Below, piece after piece: positions 44,555 through 57,554 of a DNA stretch of 64,000 nt (position 1 is its first letter; each line of letters starts with the position of its first letter). Made by a program: the position numbers and the translations under genes. The DNA is from Chrysomallon squamiferum (taxonomy: Eukaryota > Animalia > Mollusca), in contig CM022676.1 in assembly GCA_012295275.1 (NCBI GenBank), positions 14,756,001 to 14,820,000 of the forward strand. Direction: 5' to 3'. Under the pieces are notes generated by a model. It saw nothing but the letters and a program-made list of their open reading frames with translations. It did not search any database and had not been told where the DNA came from.

Positions 44555-45826
44555 TTACACTAAAAATAACAAAGCAGGTATTTGTCCGCCTGTCACATCT
44601 GTACGAACTCGTCTGTGACTGTGTTTAGATTTGTGTGACTTAGAAAATGTACAAACAAAAGAGTCTAAAACAATTTCTGATTTACCTTCACGTCCACACA
44701 ATGAGTCTCCTCCCTTAACATGAACAAACAAGCTGTATTCAGTGTCTTTAGTAATCTTCACTGGACGTCTGAACACGACGTCATACTCGTCAGACACGTG
44801 TTCATATCTCTGTGACAGTGTATACCCGTCCAGTATTTCGTCTATTCTTGTGTCAGTGACGAAGGCGCTGACGTCGTAGTTTCGTGGTTCACGCTGACCG
44901 TACAACTGAAATCCGCGAAGTAAAGCGTTTTTGTTTAAAGAGAAAGTAATGGAGTCGTCTGCTTCTCCAGAAGATGGCCAGAATGAACCGTATAGTCTAC
45001 CAAACCAACCAATGGCGTCATTTTGTTTACCAGAACGTGACAAGTAGTAATCACACGAACCAAGCCTGTTTATTTTAATCTGTGTTTTAGGAATCTCTGC
45101 AGTTCTCTTGTTTGAGTTAAAAGGTGAAACATCTTCATCACTGCTCACCCAGTGTTTGAAAATTCTGTACTCTTCTATCGCAGTGAGTATGTGAGTGGGT
45201 GTCACGTGTTTTACAAAATACCTCTGATCGAGTAATGGATAACGCACGTGCTTCACGACCTCTCCCAGTGCTTCGCGGATGTTTTTTTCACTCGTCTTCT
45301 TCCCTTGCTTCCTGCACGCGCTGTCAGCCCACTTCACAGCGGCTTCAAAAACATTTTTCTCGTCTGCTGTCAGTTCGTCTGATCGTACGATCTCAACCAG
45401 ACATTCGTGACAAAGATCGGTGACTTCATCTGACTTCAAAACTTCGTCGCCATTTTTCAAAATGTAGTCCAGACTTTTTCTCCTTAGATCATGCTCATCA
45501 AACAGGTGAGCTTGTTCCAGCACGACGCACGCATTCCGTGACGACAACGACGACTCCAAATAATGTGTGCATTCATCTTCAAGAGTTGTGATGATATACT
45601 TCCTCGATAGATACAGCAGACCGGTGACGTTGTCGCCTGTTAGGAGGACGTCATCCGTATAAATATATCTGTGTAAAAGAAGTAGAGTAAGACTTTAAAA
45701 TGTGAGATTACTAAGTGAGATCAATTAATTAGAAAATAATTAGATTACTAACAAAAACTGTATTGTTATCAATGTTTCTGTCTGCATATATGTCTCTCTT
45801 CCTCACTGTGTTCGTACGTGTGTTTC

Positions 45827-45880
<54 letters not shown>

Positions 45881-46160
45881 TGTGTGTGTGTTGTTTAACA
45901 TACTTTAGAAACTCTGAGAAGATTTCTGCCTTCACATCCGGTACTTTGATATTAGACTGTTCGCGAAGTTCTCCACTTAACATTTGATGGAAAACTTCGC
46001 TTCGAATCATGAGTATGAACCGATGCGCATCAATTGTCGTTTTATGTTCTCCCACTACAAATGTGATATCACTGTCAGCTTTCGTACGAAAAACGTGTTC
46101 AATACATTGAGTTAATTTCTTCCCTGTCTGCCAACTTGTGATTTCAGCTGATGTGGCCAT
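44555..46160 (-). CDS. BTB/POZ-BACK-PHR domain protein (BTBD1/2/3/6-like Cullin-3 adaptor), 456 aa; join complement(46160-45904, 45668-44555)
   Basis: WQTGK..SDITFVVG..IDAHRFILMIRSEVFHQM..VPDV..FLK|YIYTD (BTB; phase-2 intron GTATGT..cacAG). NACVVLEQAHLFDE..VFEAAVKWADSAC..VRYPLL (BACK). INR..DSITF..LRGFQLYG..FTFSKS..TDVTGGQIPALLF-type C-terminus (PHR). The spliced frame is fully open. Confidence 0.93.
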
Positions 46161-46180
46161 GTTTTCACTACAAACAAACG

Positions 46181-46291
<111 letters not shown>

Positions 46292-46782
46292 GTGTGAAGT
46301 GGGGAGATAAACGGAAAAAGAAATTATTCACCCATGAAACTGTAACTATGAGATCAGAGATATAAAAATAAATATATAAATAAATAAATAAATAAATAAA
46401 CTAAAGAATAGGAAAGAAAGAAAAACATCGGATATACAAACGATAGAAAAGAAATACCTGATACGTATGCTAGTGATTACTATGATGATGACGAAGACAG
46501 AAATAATTATTTTTATTATAATTAGTATTATAAACAGAGGTGTATGGTGAGGTAGAAAAAAAAAATCACTGTGGGTAAAACGATTTTCAAATCTCAATGT
46601 AATTGTGGTCATTTATACCAATTTACTTCTCGAAATGCCAGCAAAATTATCCGTCAGTGACAGATCTAAAATGAAACATGTAAGAAAAAAGAAAGAAAAT
46701 AAGATAAATAAAGGTACAAGATGTAATGTTTTTAGAGTGGAAACAATATAAAATACTTTGTAATTTCAATATGGCTACCTAC

Positions 46783-46863
46783 CTCAAAAATTTCGTATTG
46801 ATAATTTCGGATAAGCGACGACTTTCTGTTTGACCTCTAGAATAGAGTGCAGGTATAAACGAT
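46783..46863 (-). other. Putative 81-nt 5'UTR exon of the - strand BTB gene
   Basis: ttatttttAG acceptor and GAG/GTAGGT donor, both conserved at identical length in the + copy (53073-53153). An acceptor AG also lies 7 nt upstream of the ATG in both copies. Confidence 0.6.
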
Positions 46864-47504
46864 CTAAAAATAAAATAACTAACATATACCAAAAGCCTTC
46901 AATAAATAATAACTTATTAAATAAGAACTGTATTAGGGTTACTACTAATAATACAGAAAAAACATACTAAAGATCAGGTTAAAATGTTTATGTCCTTGTG
47001 GTATTTAGGACGATGTGACAAATTCACTGTTAATACATTGGTCAGATAAGTGCAGAAAATAAAATAAAAAAGCATTTGTCTATATTGTGAGAAGAAAAAC
47101 AATTTCAATAACGACGCTACGTACAAACACAACAAGAACAAAAACCGAATTAGTTCCAATAAACCACATGAAAAGGAAATCGGAAACAGTACAGTATATG
47201 AGATAATATTATTATTTTTTCATCCGTAATATCCATAAAAGAGAATTGTAAATACAATTTCAGTATCTGACAACACATTTTGAAGTCACTCTTTACGTAA
47301 CATTTTTCATGTGAATATAAAAGAACACCTCACACTATAACGACCTGTTTGTTAGAGAACTAACTCTGATATATCTAAAAATAATCAAATTAAGATCACT
47401 GGAATCGTTAAACCATAATAAATTATAAAATATCACCCGCTTTCAATATCGCCGACTTGTTTCACTTCTGCTTTGTTTATTTTTAGCTATCAGAATCCGC
47501 CACT

Positions 47505-47545
47505 GATAAACACGTGACTGACGTCAAATATCTTACACGTCATCC
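47505..47545 (-). promoter_or_regulatory. CRE + E-box module upstream of the - strand BTB gene
   Basis: CACGTG at 47511-47516 next to TGACGTCA at 47519-47526, plus a TGACG half site; conserved in the paralog. Confidence 0.5.
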
Positions 47546-49227
47546 AGTGTCACTTCTTTGGATTGAATGTCAGATTAAAATAAACAAATCGTGTTACGAG
47601 ACATGTACATCTTAAACACATCTTTCCTTAAAGTAGATTATATTCATTTTATGTAGTCATATTACATTGCACTGTTTACATATATTTTATATAATGTATA
47701 TATTAACAAAAAAACAACGACGACAACAACAACAACAACAACAACAATAATAATAATAATAATTCAAAAGAAAAGGAAAAATAAGTGTAACTATTAGTTT
47801 AGAACGATATCGGTGCCAACTATGATCTGTAATTAGTTACAAGCGAGTACTTTCTGTTTAACTATTCTACTATTGATCAATGAGATTAGATGTCAATAAG
47901 TAAATAAATAAATAAATAAAATAATAAAATACAATAAAATAAAAATTAAATGAATACATAAATAAATAAAATAAAATAATAAGATGGATAAAAATATGGA
48001 ATTAGCTATACATAGTTCATATGGATTATATTAGAATGATGTCGACTATAATAATACTGATGATGACGACGACAACAAAAACAACACTAATGGATTTAGT
48101 CGAACACTACTACTAATAACACTCTCACAACAACTGCTGATATTCCTATGCTGCTACTACAACTACTGATGCTGCCACTTCTACTATTGAAACATCTACT
48201 ATTAAACCTATTATACGATTACAAGAAGCACAAATATCATTATTATTACTACTGCCACAAATGTATTTATTTATATATTAGAGGCACACACACATACACA
48301 TATATATATATATAATAACAACTACAACAATAAGAACATACTAATCATATCGTGTGCATCTCTTATTTTTCTGACGATACTCGACTGACCAGTCTATCAA
48401 GATACAGCTAACACGTGACTGTTTGTTTCTTATGTAGGTCAGATAAAAACAGTGTGTCACACGAGAACAAAGCTGTAGCTGGATGTTATTTACAACGATC
48501 TGACAAATTCATTGTTAATACAGTGTCTGCGCAAAAGTGTAGAAATAAATAGAAAACGTGTGAAATTATTTAAAATTTTAGATGATATACAATTTCAATA
48601 AAGATAAACACGATAACAACCAGATTACTACAAAACAAACAAACAAACTCGAAATTAGGAAATAACGCAATTATACGAGTTAATATTAGTATTACGTTTG
48701 TATTGGCTCGTTGAATACACACGATTACAAACAAAACGATTACAAATAAAACTTCGTTGTCTCAGAAAACATTTTTCAAGTCCGGGTCTACATTATATTT
48801 ATTTCATGTCTATTTAGAAAACCTAACATCATAATGATCAGTGTGCTACCCACTTCTAGCTAAGTGATCCTATTTGTCTGTTGTATCGAAACAACACATT
48901 GGAAATAATTACAGAGTCATGGTCAGTATGTCATGTGTACATCAGCAGCAGGGAAAATCTGTTTATCTTTACCTTTGTAGATGAAAAGAAATACACTGAC
49001 ATTTTATACATTGACTGGAACATGTGATAGACAAAGACGAATATTACATTAGAAGAAAGGGTTGAATGAAAAAACAAACAAAAATAAAATATAATAAAAA
49101 TATGAAAGATGGAGGGAAGGACGGACGGAATAAATGTTTTATTTAACGACACACTAAACAGATTATATTTATCGATTTGTGTGCTAAGGACTGCTGAGAT
49201 AAAATGAGAGTAAATCTGTGTATCTAC

Positions 49228-49268
<41 letters not shown>

Positions 49269-49675
49269 ACACACACCTATTCTTATTCACTATATTATCT
49301 GAATATTCAGTTACTATTTGATTATATATATTTAATCGGATATTTAAAAAGACTAATCAAAATCATAGTGTTCGTTTAGATTTTAGAATATTCAACATTC
49401 ATATACATTTCTGTCAGCATCTAAAGCAATGAACTTAATGTTCGATGTAGTTCACATTGATCTTTTTTCTCACGAGGTAAAACTTAGTAAACTAAAAATT
49501 ATAATATTAACCAAAAAATTCAAAAACAAACAACAGCAAATCATAATAATATTACTAATAATAACAACACCTGCAATACGAGCAGCATTGATAATTATAA
49601 TAATAAAATATCAATAAATAAAATGAATAAATAATAACTAAAACTGGAAAGTATTCCACCAATATGATCTTGCAA

Positions 49676-49779
<104 letters not shown>

Positions 49780-50111
49780 AATACAACTTAAATAAGATGA
49801 AATGGAATTCTTACCAGGTTGTGTATTTTCTAAGAAGGAGATGACAATCAGGCTGTGTTGCTGTGGAAACCAGGTTTCAGTTGTATGAGACAAACACACA
49901 AATAACTGATCTAATATACCCGCTTGAAGAGAACTTTGACCATCTCGTGATGGAGATAACAGTCAGGTGAGGTATGCCAGCTTGAAATCATGTCTTTATT
50001 TAGTAAACTGATAATTGCATACGTCAGTTAGAAAAGATTAGTAATAAACAATACACGTTTATCTTTTCTCTTTAACGTGAAATAAAACAGCCAGGTCCGG
50101 TTTTGTTTAAA

Positions 50112-50311
50112 NNNNNNNNNNNNNNNNNNNNNNNNNNNNNNNNNNNNNNNNNNNNNNNNNNNNNNNNNNNNNNNNNNNNNNNNNNNNNNNNNNNNNNNNN
50201 NNNNNNNNNNNNNNNNNNNNNNNNNNNNNNNNNNNNNNNNNNNNNNNNNNNNNNNNNNNNNNNNNNNNNNNNNNNNNNNNNNNNNNNNNNNNNNNNNNNN
50301 NNNNNNNNNNN
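50112..50311. other. Assembly gap (200 N) at the centre of the inverted duplication
   Basis: Run of N. Confidence 1.
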
Positions 50312-50328
50312 AAGTTATTATTATTTTT

Positions 50329-50359
<31 letters not shown>

Positions 50360-50596
50360 TTTTTTAATTTTTATTTTTTTGTTGTTTTTTTTATTTCTAT
50401 TTTTATATATATATATATATATATATCTATTCACTGGTTTATATCGTGATGGTTCTTCATATCTCTTTACAACAGTACACGGTTTCAAGACGTAATTGTT
50501 TAAAATAGGAAATTTGTTAATAATAATAGCATCTAAACCAATTAAAAAGAGAAAAACTAGTATATTGCTTAAAGAGAGCCAATCGTTGATACATGT

Positions 50597-50796
50597 TACC
50601 CTGTCCATCCAATCGACTATATAAAATACCACTTCCTGCTAATTGGAAAGAAGTAGACTTGATATGGGGACTGCAGATTTACTCTCATTTTATTTCACCA
50701 GTCTTTAAAACAGCAAGTTTTAAACACACAAATCAGTAAACAAAATGTGTTTACAGTGTCGTTAATTAAAATATTTACTTCACCCTGCCTTCCTTC
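50597..50796 (+). mobile_element. Possible degenerate SINE-like 3' end (inverted paralog ~49110-49235)
   Basis: Ends in GTGTCGTTAATTAAAATATTT plus a CCTT-like tail. It resembles a gastropod interspersed repeat from memory only and is unverified. Confidence 0.3.
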
Positions 50797-51519
50797 TTTA
50801 TTTAATTTTTTCTCTTTTTGTCATTTCTTCATTCTTCCCTATCGTTTAATCTAACTTTCGTATTGGTTAGTTATCCGTTCCAACGTCTGCATAAAATGTT
50901 ATTGCATTTGCTTTCACCTACAATGGCAAACATAAAAAAAAATTATCGCTGTTATAGTTGTAGATGTGACAAGCAAACTGATCATTACAGTTCGAGATTT
51001 TTTATTAGACACGAAATCTATAATGTAGACCCGGACTTGAAAAGTATGTGGTATGACAACGAAGTTTTACTTTCCACCAAGTTTATTGAACGAGCCTATA
51101 AACACGTAATAATAATATTAGCTCGTAGAATTGTATTAATTTCTAATTTTGAGTTTGTTCGTTTGTTTTATCTGTTGGTAGTAATTTGCTGGTTATTGTG
51201 TTTGTCTTTATCGTCATTATTGAGATTATATATCTTCTCACAATTTAAATAATTTCACACGTTTTCTATTTATTTCTACACTTATGCGCAGACACTGTAT
51301 TAACAATGAATTTGTCAGATCGTTGTAAGTAACACCCAGCTATAGCTTTGTTCTCGTGTGACACACTGTTTTTATCTGACCTACACAAGAAACAAACATT
51401 CACGTGTTTGCTGTATCTTGATAGACTGGTGACGTGAGTATCGTCAGAGAAATAAGGCATGCACACGATAAAATTAGTATGCTGCTGCTACTGTTCTTGT
51501 TGTTGTTTTTATTTTGCTT

Positions 51520-51550
<31 letters not shown>

Positions 51551-52356
51551 TTATTATTATTTTAATTATTATTATTATCGTATATATTATATATGTGTTT
51601 GTGTGTGTGTTTTATATGTGTATTATTCCTCCAGAAAAAAAATACTGATCGTAATATGTAAATAAATACATTTGTAGCAGTAGTAATAATAATATTAGTG
51701 CCACTTGTGATGGTAGCAGTAGGTTTAATAGTGGAAGTGGCAGCTGCAGTAGTTGTAGGAGCAGCATAGGAGTAGTAGCCGTTGTTGCGAGAGTATTATT
51801 ATTAGTTGTGTTAAACGAATTCCATTATTATTATTGTTCCTGTTGTTGTTGTTGTCGTTATCATCATCAGTATTATCATAATCGTCATCATTTTATATAG
51901 TCCTATGAACTATTTGTAGCTTATGCCATATTGTTATCCTTCTGAATATTTAATTGTATTTATTTATTTATTTATATGCTCATTTTATTAATTAATTAGT
52001 TAATCCATTCTATTTATTTATTTATTGACATGAGATCTCATTGATCAATAGTAGAATAATTAAACAGAAAGTACTCGCTTCTAAGAAATTACCGATCATA
52101 GTTGGCACCGATATAGTTATAAACTAATACTTACACTTGTGTTTCCTCTTTTCTTTTAAATTATTTTTGTTGTTGTTGTTGTTGTCGCTGTTGTTGTTTT
52201 TGTTATTATATACATTTTATAACATAAATGTAAACAATGTTATGTAAAAGGACTACCTAAAATTAATAGTTCTGCTTTGAGGTAAAACGTGTGTAAGATG
52301 AGCGTACATGTCTCCTAGCATGATTTGTTTATTTTAATCTGACATTCAAACTTAAG

Positions 52357-52410
52357 ACGTGATACATGATGACGTAAAGATATTTGACGTCAGTCACGTG
52401 TTTATCAGTG
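52357..52410 (+). promoter_or_regulatory. CRE + E-box module upstream of the + strand BTB gene
   Basis: TGACGTAA, then TGACGTCA (52385-52392) directly followed by GTCACGTG (52393-52400). Confidence 0.5.
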
Positions 52411-52923
52411 CAGGAGTCTGATAACCAAACGTAAACAAAGCAGAACTGACACAAGTCGGCCATATTGAAAGCGAATGCTGTATTATATTGTACTATCGTT
52501 TAACGATTCGAGTGATCTTAGTTTGATTATTTTTAGTTATCTAACAAATACATCATTATACTGTGAGGTGTTCTTTTATGTTGACATGGAAAACGTTACG
52601 TAAAGCCTGACTTGAAAATGTGTTGTCAAATAGCGAAATTGTATTTACGATTCTGGTGCATGAATCTTACGTATGAAGAATTTAATAATATTATTATCTA
52701 ATGTTTTCTGTATTATTTTTCTATTTCCTTTCTATTTGGTTTACTGGAACTAATTCGGTTGTTGTTGTTGTGTTTGTATGTAGTGTCCTTATTGAAATTA
52801 TTTATCTTCTCACAATATAGACAAAGGCACAATGTATTAACAGTGAATTTGTCACATCGTTCTAAATGCCACAAGAGCATAAACATTTTAAACTTATCTT
52901 CAGTATATTTGTATTATTATTAT

Positions 52924-52985
<62 letters not shown>

Positions 52986-53072
52986 TTACTACTACTACCC
53001 CATTACAACCCTTATTTAATAAGTTATTATTTATTGGCGGCTTTTGATATATGTTAGCTATTTTATTTTTAG

Positions 53073-53153
53073 ATCGGTTATACCTGCGCTCTATAGTTGA
53101 GGTTAAACAGAAAGTAGTCGCGTATCCGGTATTACCGATCAGAAAGTTTTGAG
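53073..53153 (+). other. Putative 81-nt 5'UTR exon of the + strand BTB gene
   Basis: ttatttttAG..GAG/GTAGGT, conserved with 46863-46783. Confidence 0.6.
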
Positions 53154-53409
53154 GTAGGTAGCCATATTGAAATTACAACTAATTTTATATTGTTTCTACT
53201 TTACAAACGTTGCATCGTCATCCTTTATTTTTCTTATTTTCTTACCTTTTTCTCACATAATTTTTCTATTCAGATGTGTCATTGACGGATAATTTTGTTG
53301 TCTTTTGCAGGAGTAAAATCGTATAAATAACCATAAGGACATTGCAATTTGAAAACCGTTTGTCCCACAGTGAAATAGTATTTATCTGACTGACCAGACA
53401 CGTCTATTT

Positions 53410-53440
<31 letters not shown>

Positions 53441-53610
53441 ATGTTGTTGTCGTCGTCACCATCATACTAATCGCTAGTATAAGCATAAACTATTTATTTT
53501 TATCTTTTATCGATTTGCTATATATTTATCTATCCTTTCTTTTTTCATTTTTTTTTTTCACTAAGAATTGTTACAGTTCTGTCTGTACAATTTCTTTTTC
53601 CCTTTCTATT

Positions 53611-53641
<31 letters not shown>

Positions 53642-53664
53642 TATCGTTTATTTGTAGTGAAAAC

Positions 53665-53928
53665 ATGGCCACATCAGCTGAAACCACAAGTTGGCAGACA
53701 GGGAAGAAATTAACTCAGTGTATTGAACACGTTTTTCGTACGAAAGCTGACAGTGATATCAGATTTCTAGTGGGAGAACATAAAACGACTATTGATGCGC
53801 ATCGTTTCATACTCATGATTCGAAGCGAAGTTTTCCATCAAATGTTCTGTGGAGAACTTCGCGAACAGTCAAATATCAAAGTACCCGATGTGAAGGCAGA
53901 AATCTTCTCGGAGTTTCTAAAGTACGTT

Positions 53929-53964
<36 letters not shown>

Positions 53965-55189
53965 CAGACACAGACATACGAACACACGTAAGAACACAGT
54001 GAGGAAGAGAGACATACAGACAGACAGAAACGTTGATAACCATACAGTTTTTGTTAGTAATCTAATTATTTTCTAATTAATTAATCTCATTTAGTTATCT
54101 CACATTTTAAAGTCTTACTCTACTTCTTTTACACAGATATCTTTATACGGATGACGTCGTCCTAACAGGCGACAACGTCACCGGTCTGCTGTATCTATCG
54201 AGGAAGTACTTCATCACAACACTTGAAGATCAGTGCACAAAATATTTGGAGTCGTCGTTGTCGTCACAGAATGCGTGTGTCGTGCTGGAACAAGCTCACC
54301 TGTTTGATGAACTTGAACTAAGGAGGAAAAGTCTGGACTACATTTTGAAAAATGGCGACGAAGTTTTGAAGTCAGATGAGGTCACAGATCTTTGTCACGA
54401 ATGTCTGGTTCAGATCGTACGATCAGACGAACTGACAGCAGACGAGATAAATGTTTTTGAAGCCGCTGTGAAGTGGGCTGACAGCGCGTGCAGGAAGCAA
54501 GGGAAGACGACGAGTGAAAAAACATGCGCGAAGCACTGGGAGAGGTCGTGAAGCACGTGCGTTATCCATTACTCGATCAGAGGTATTTTGAAGAACACGT
54601 GACACCCACTCACATACTCACTGAGACAGAAGCACACAGAATTTTCAAACATTTCCTTTGTCCAGATGAAGATGTTTCACCTTTTAACTCAAACATGAGA
54701 ACTAAAACACAGATTAAAATAAACAGGTTTGGTACGTATAGTACAGAGTTTGGAGTATTTGGTTGCTGGTTGTCAAGTTCTGGTGAAGTAGATGACGCCA
54801 TTACTTTCTCTGTAAACAAAAACGCTTTACTTCGCGGATTTCAGTTGTATGGTTACGGTACAAACTACGACGTCAGCGCCTTCGTCACTGACACAAGAAC
54901 AGACGAAATACTGGACAGGTCTACACTGACACAGAAATATGAACACGTGTCTGGCGTGTATGACGTCGTGTTCAGACGTCCAGTGAAGATTACTAAAGAC
55001 ACTGAGTACAGCTTGTTTGTTAATGTTAAGGGAGGAGACTCATTGTGTGGAGTTGGAGGTGAATCAGAAATTGTTGTAGACTCTTTTGTTTGTACATTTT
55101 CTGACTCACACAAATCTAAACACAGTGACAGACAACTTCGTACACGTGTGACAGAAGGACAAATACCTGTTTTGTTATTTTTAGTGTGA
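53665..55189 (+). pseudogene. BTB-BACK-PHR paralog with a single -1 frameshift (recent pseudogene or sequencing error); join(53665-53921, 54137-55189), 436 aa if restored
   Basis: Same exon structure as the - copy (GTACGT..cacAG intron at 53922-54136). It has A6 at 54517-54522 where the paralog has A7; otherwise there are no stops. Confidence 0.85.
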
Positions 55190-55238
55190 AAAACAACATC
55201 GTTCAAACACTGTCACTTTTAGTCATCACTTGTATAAT

Positions 55239-55273
<35 letters not shown>

Positions 55274-55298
55274 CTTATTTTTGTTTGTTTTGTATTTC

Positions 55299-55382
55299 TG
55301 ATGACGTCAGACTGCAGTGATGACGTCAGTCTGCAGTGATGACGTCAGTCTGCAGTGATGACGTCAGACTGCAGTGATGACG
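55299..55382. repeat. 19-bp tandem repeat x4.4, each full unit carrying a perfect CRE palindrome
   Basis: TGATGACGTCAGWCTGCAG at 55299, 55318, 55337 and 55356. Confidence 0.95.
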
Positions 55383-56499
55383 ACATACACACTTTATTTG
55401 AAAGTCCCTAATCCACTGGCTTCTGTCAAACAGACACGTGTATAATGTACAAAAACAGCTCATTGCTTTATTTATTTATTTATTTATTATAGATTGTTTG
55501 ATTATTTAATGTATTGTTTAAACTGTCATATAATAGATGAAATATGTGAATACCTAAATGTGTTAATTCTCTATTAAAAAATTGTATTATGTATATATAT
55601 ATTTTTTTCTTTGTAAATGAATATGTCTTATTGTTAAACATGTGTAAATATATAATATCTATTAGACACCAAGTGGTATTTTATTTTATTTTAAATATCA
55701 ATGTAATTTTTATATCGTTCAATATTCACTGAACAGGAGGCAAAAAAACTTAATCATTTTTGTAATTAATGTTTTTCCCGTCTTTGGCTGTGTATTTGTT
55801 TCTCTCTAAATTAATTCCCATGACGTGCAAAGTATCTAAATGCCTAAATAACATTAGTCTGTAAAGAAATGTTATATATTATGTTTTAGATTTTGTCATA
55901 AACCAAATAAAATACTGTTATTTTTTCGTATTAAAACTAATATCAAGATAAATTATGTGTTTACTGTTTGTTAGACACGAACTTAAGAACTGCTATTTGA
56001 TTCATCTGTCTGTGTTATTTTATTTAGATTTATGTAAAATAAATATGCTAGTAAATTATATCGTATACAATATTCATTAGACATAACAGAAGTTGTCAGT
56101 TTGTTTATACATAAAAATATAATTTCTATTTAATTTGTTAAAAATGTAAACAAAATATAGAAGTATAGAAATAAATGTTTTAATTATATTTGTTTGGTTC
56201 ATGTCATCTTTTTCTCTTCTGTGTAGAAAGAATAAATGGTGTTGTGAGAGATATTTAAGAGAACAGCTTTAAAATAAAACCAAAAAATAACAAAAAACAC
56301 TGGTTGGATCGGGAGATAAGCAAACAGACATTAAAGAGATTTTACAACTCTGTACATCATGCCTCTGAATTCTCTCTGTGCAATTCTTCTTCTTATGATT
56401 ATTTTTATTATTATTATTATTATCTTTTATTGTTTATTTATTTATTTCCGTTTTCGATATATTTTGTTCCATATATTACAAAGTTAGGTATGTTGTGCT

Positions 56500-57055
56500 G
56501 ACCTAATGTTCTTATTACATACTGACAGGTCAGTGGTTCAATTCCTGTCAGTGTAATAAAGTTATTACACAAAGATGTGTTGTAACAAGAGAACTAATGT
56601 TCTTATTACATACTGACAGGTCGGTGGTTCAATCCTGTGAGTGTAATAAAGTTACTACACAAATATGTGTTGTATGTAACAAGAGAACTAATGTTCTTAT
56701 TACATACTGACAGGTCGGTGGTTCAATCCTGTGAGTGTAATAAAGTTACTACACAAATATGTGTTGTATGTAACAAGAGAACTAATGTTCTTATTACATA
56801 CTGACAGGTCGGTGGTTCAATCCTGTGAGTGTAATAAAGTTACTACACAAATATGTGTTGTATGTAACAAGAGAACTAATGTTATATTACATACTGACAG
56901 GTCAGTGATTCAATTCCTGTCAGTGTAATAAAGTTAGTACACAAGGATGTGTTGTATGTATCAAGTGAACTACTGTTCTTATTACACACTGACAGGTCGG
57001 TGGTTCAATCCTCTCAATGTCACTAAAATTACTACACAAGGATGTGTTGTATGTA
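56500..57055. repeat. ~94-bp minisatellite, 6 copies (2 copies in the paralogous arm, ~43035-43215)
   Basis: ATGTTCTTATTACATACTGACAGGTCGGTGGTTCAATCCTGTGAGTGTAATAAAGTT.. starts at 56506, 56597, 56691, 56785, 56879 and ~56973. Confidence 0.95.
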
Positions 57056-57554
57056 GCAAATAGTATTTATCATATAACAGTCACTGTAATGACACATAAA
57101 AGTAACAAACAAATTTTGTTTCTTTTTGTTTTCAACCACTTCGTTTTTCTTTATTTCATTTAATATTCATTCATCCATCAAATTATACACATCTACATGT
57201 AGCGTTAGAATTAACAAGATGATTATTTTACTTTCAGAATTACGGTTTAAACTTGAATTAGGCTAAGAACTGTCGAAAAATGACATAAGGGTTCGTGCAA
57301 TAGTCAGGTGCTTTCGGTAAATGCAGTTAATTCAGTGCAGGTATTAGTGGCGGGCTCAGATTACATTTAATCCTATGGTTAGATTTAAGGTTAGTGTTAT
57401 GGTTTCATTCGGAATTATTGAAAATATTGATACCATAATAATAGCTAATTCAGCATAAGTCAGGATTAATGTTAGGTTTACGATCTGCTGAGACTTAGGA
57501 TTTGTCTTTCAGGTAGTGATATATCTCTTAGGAAATACTAAATAATATTAAATA

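Noticed and set aside
53437-53664. Hydrophobic N-terminal extension of the + BTB ORF
   Set aside because: Intronic (ATT)n/T-rich sequence upstream of a conserved acceptor; the paralog starts at the equivalent of ATG 53665.
54505-54530. Programmed ribosomal frameshift in BTB copy B
   Set aside because: The paralog simply has one more A and no stimulatory structure is evident; an indel or sequencing error is more parsimonious.
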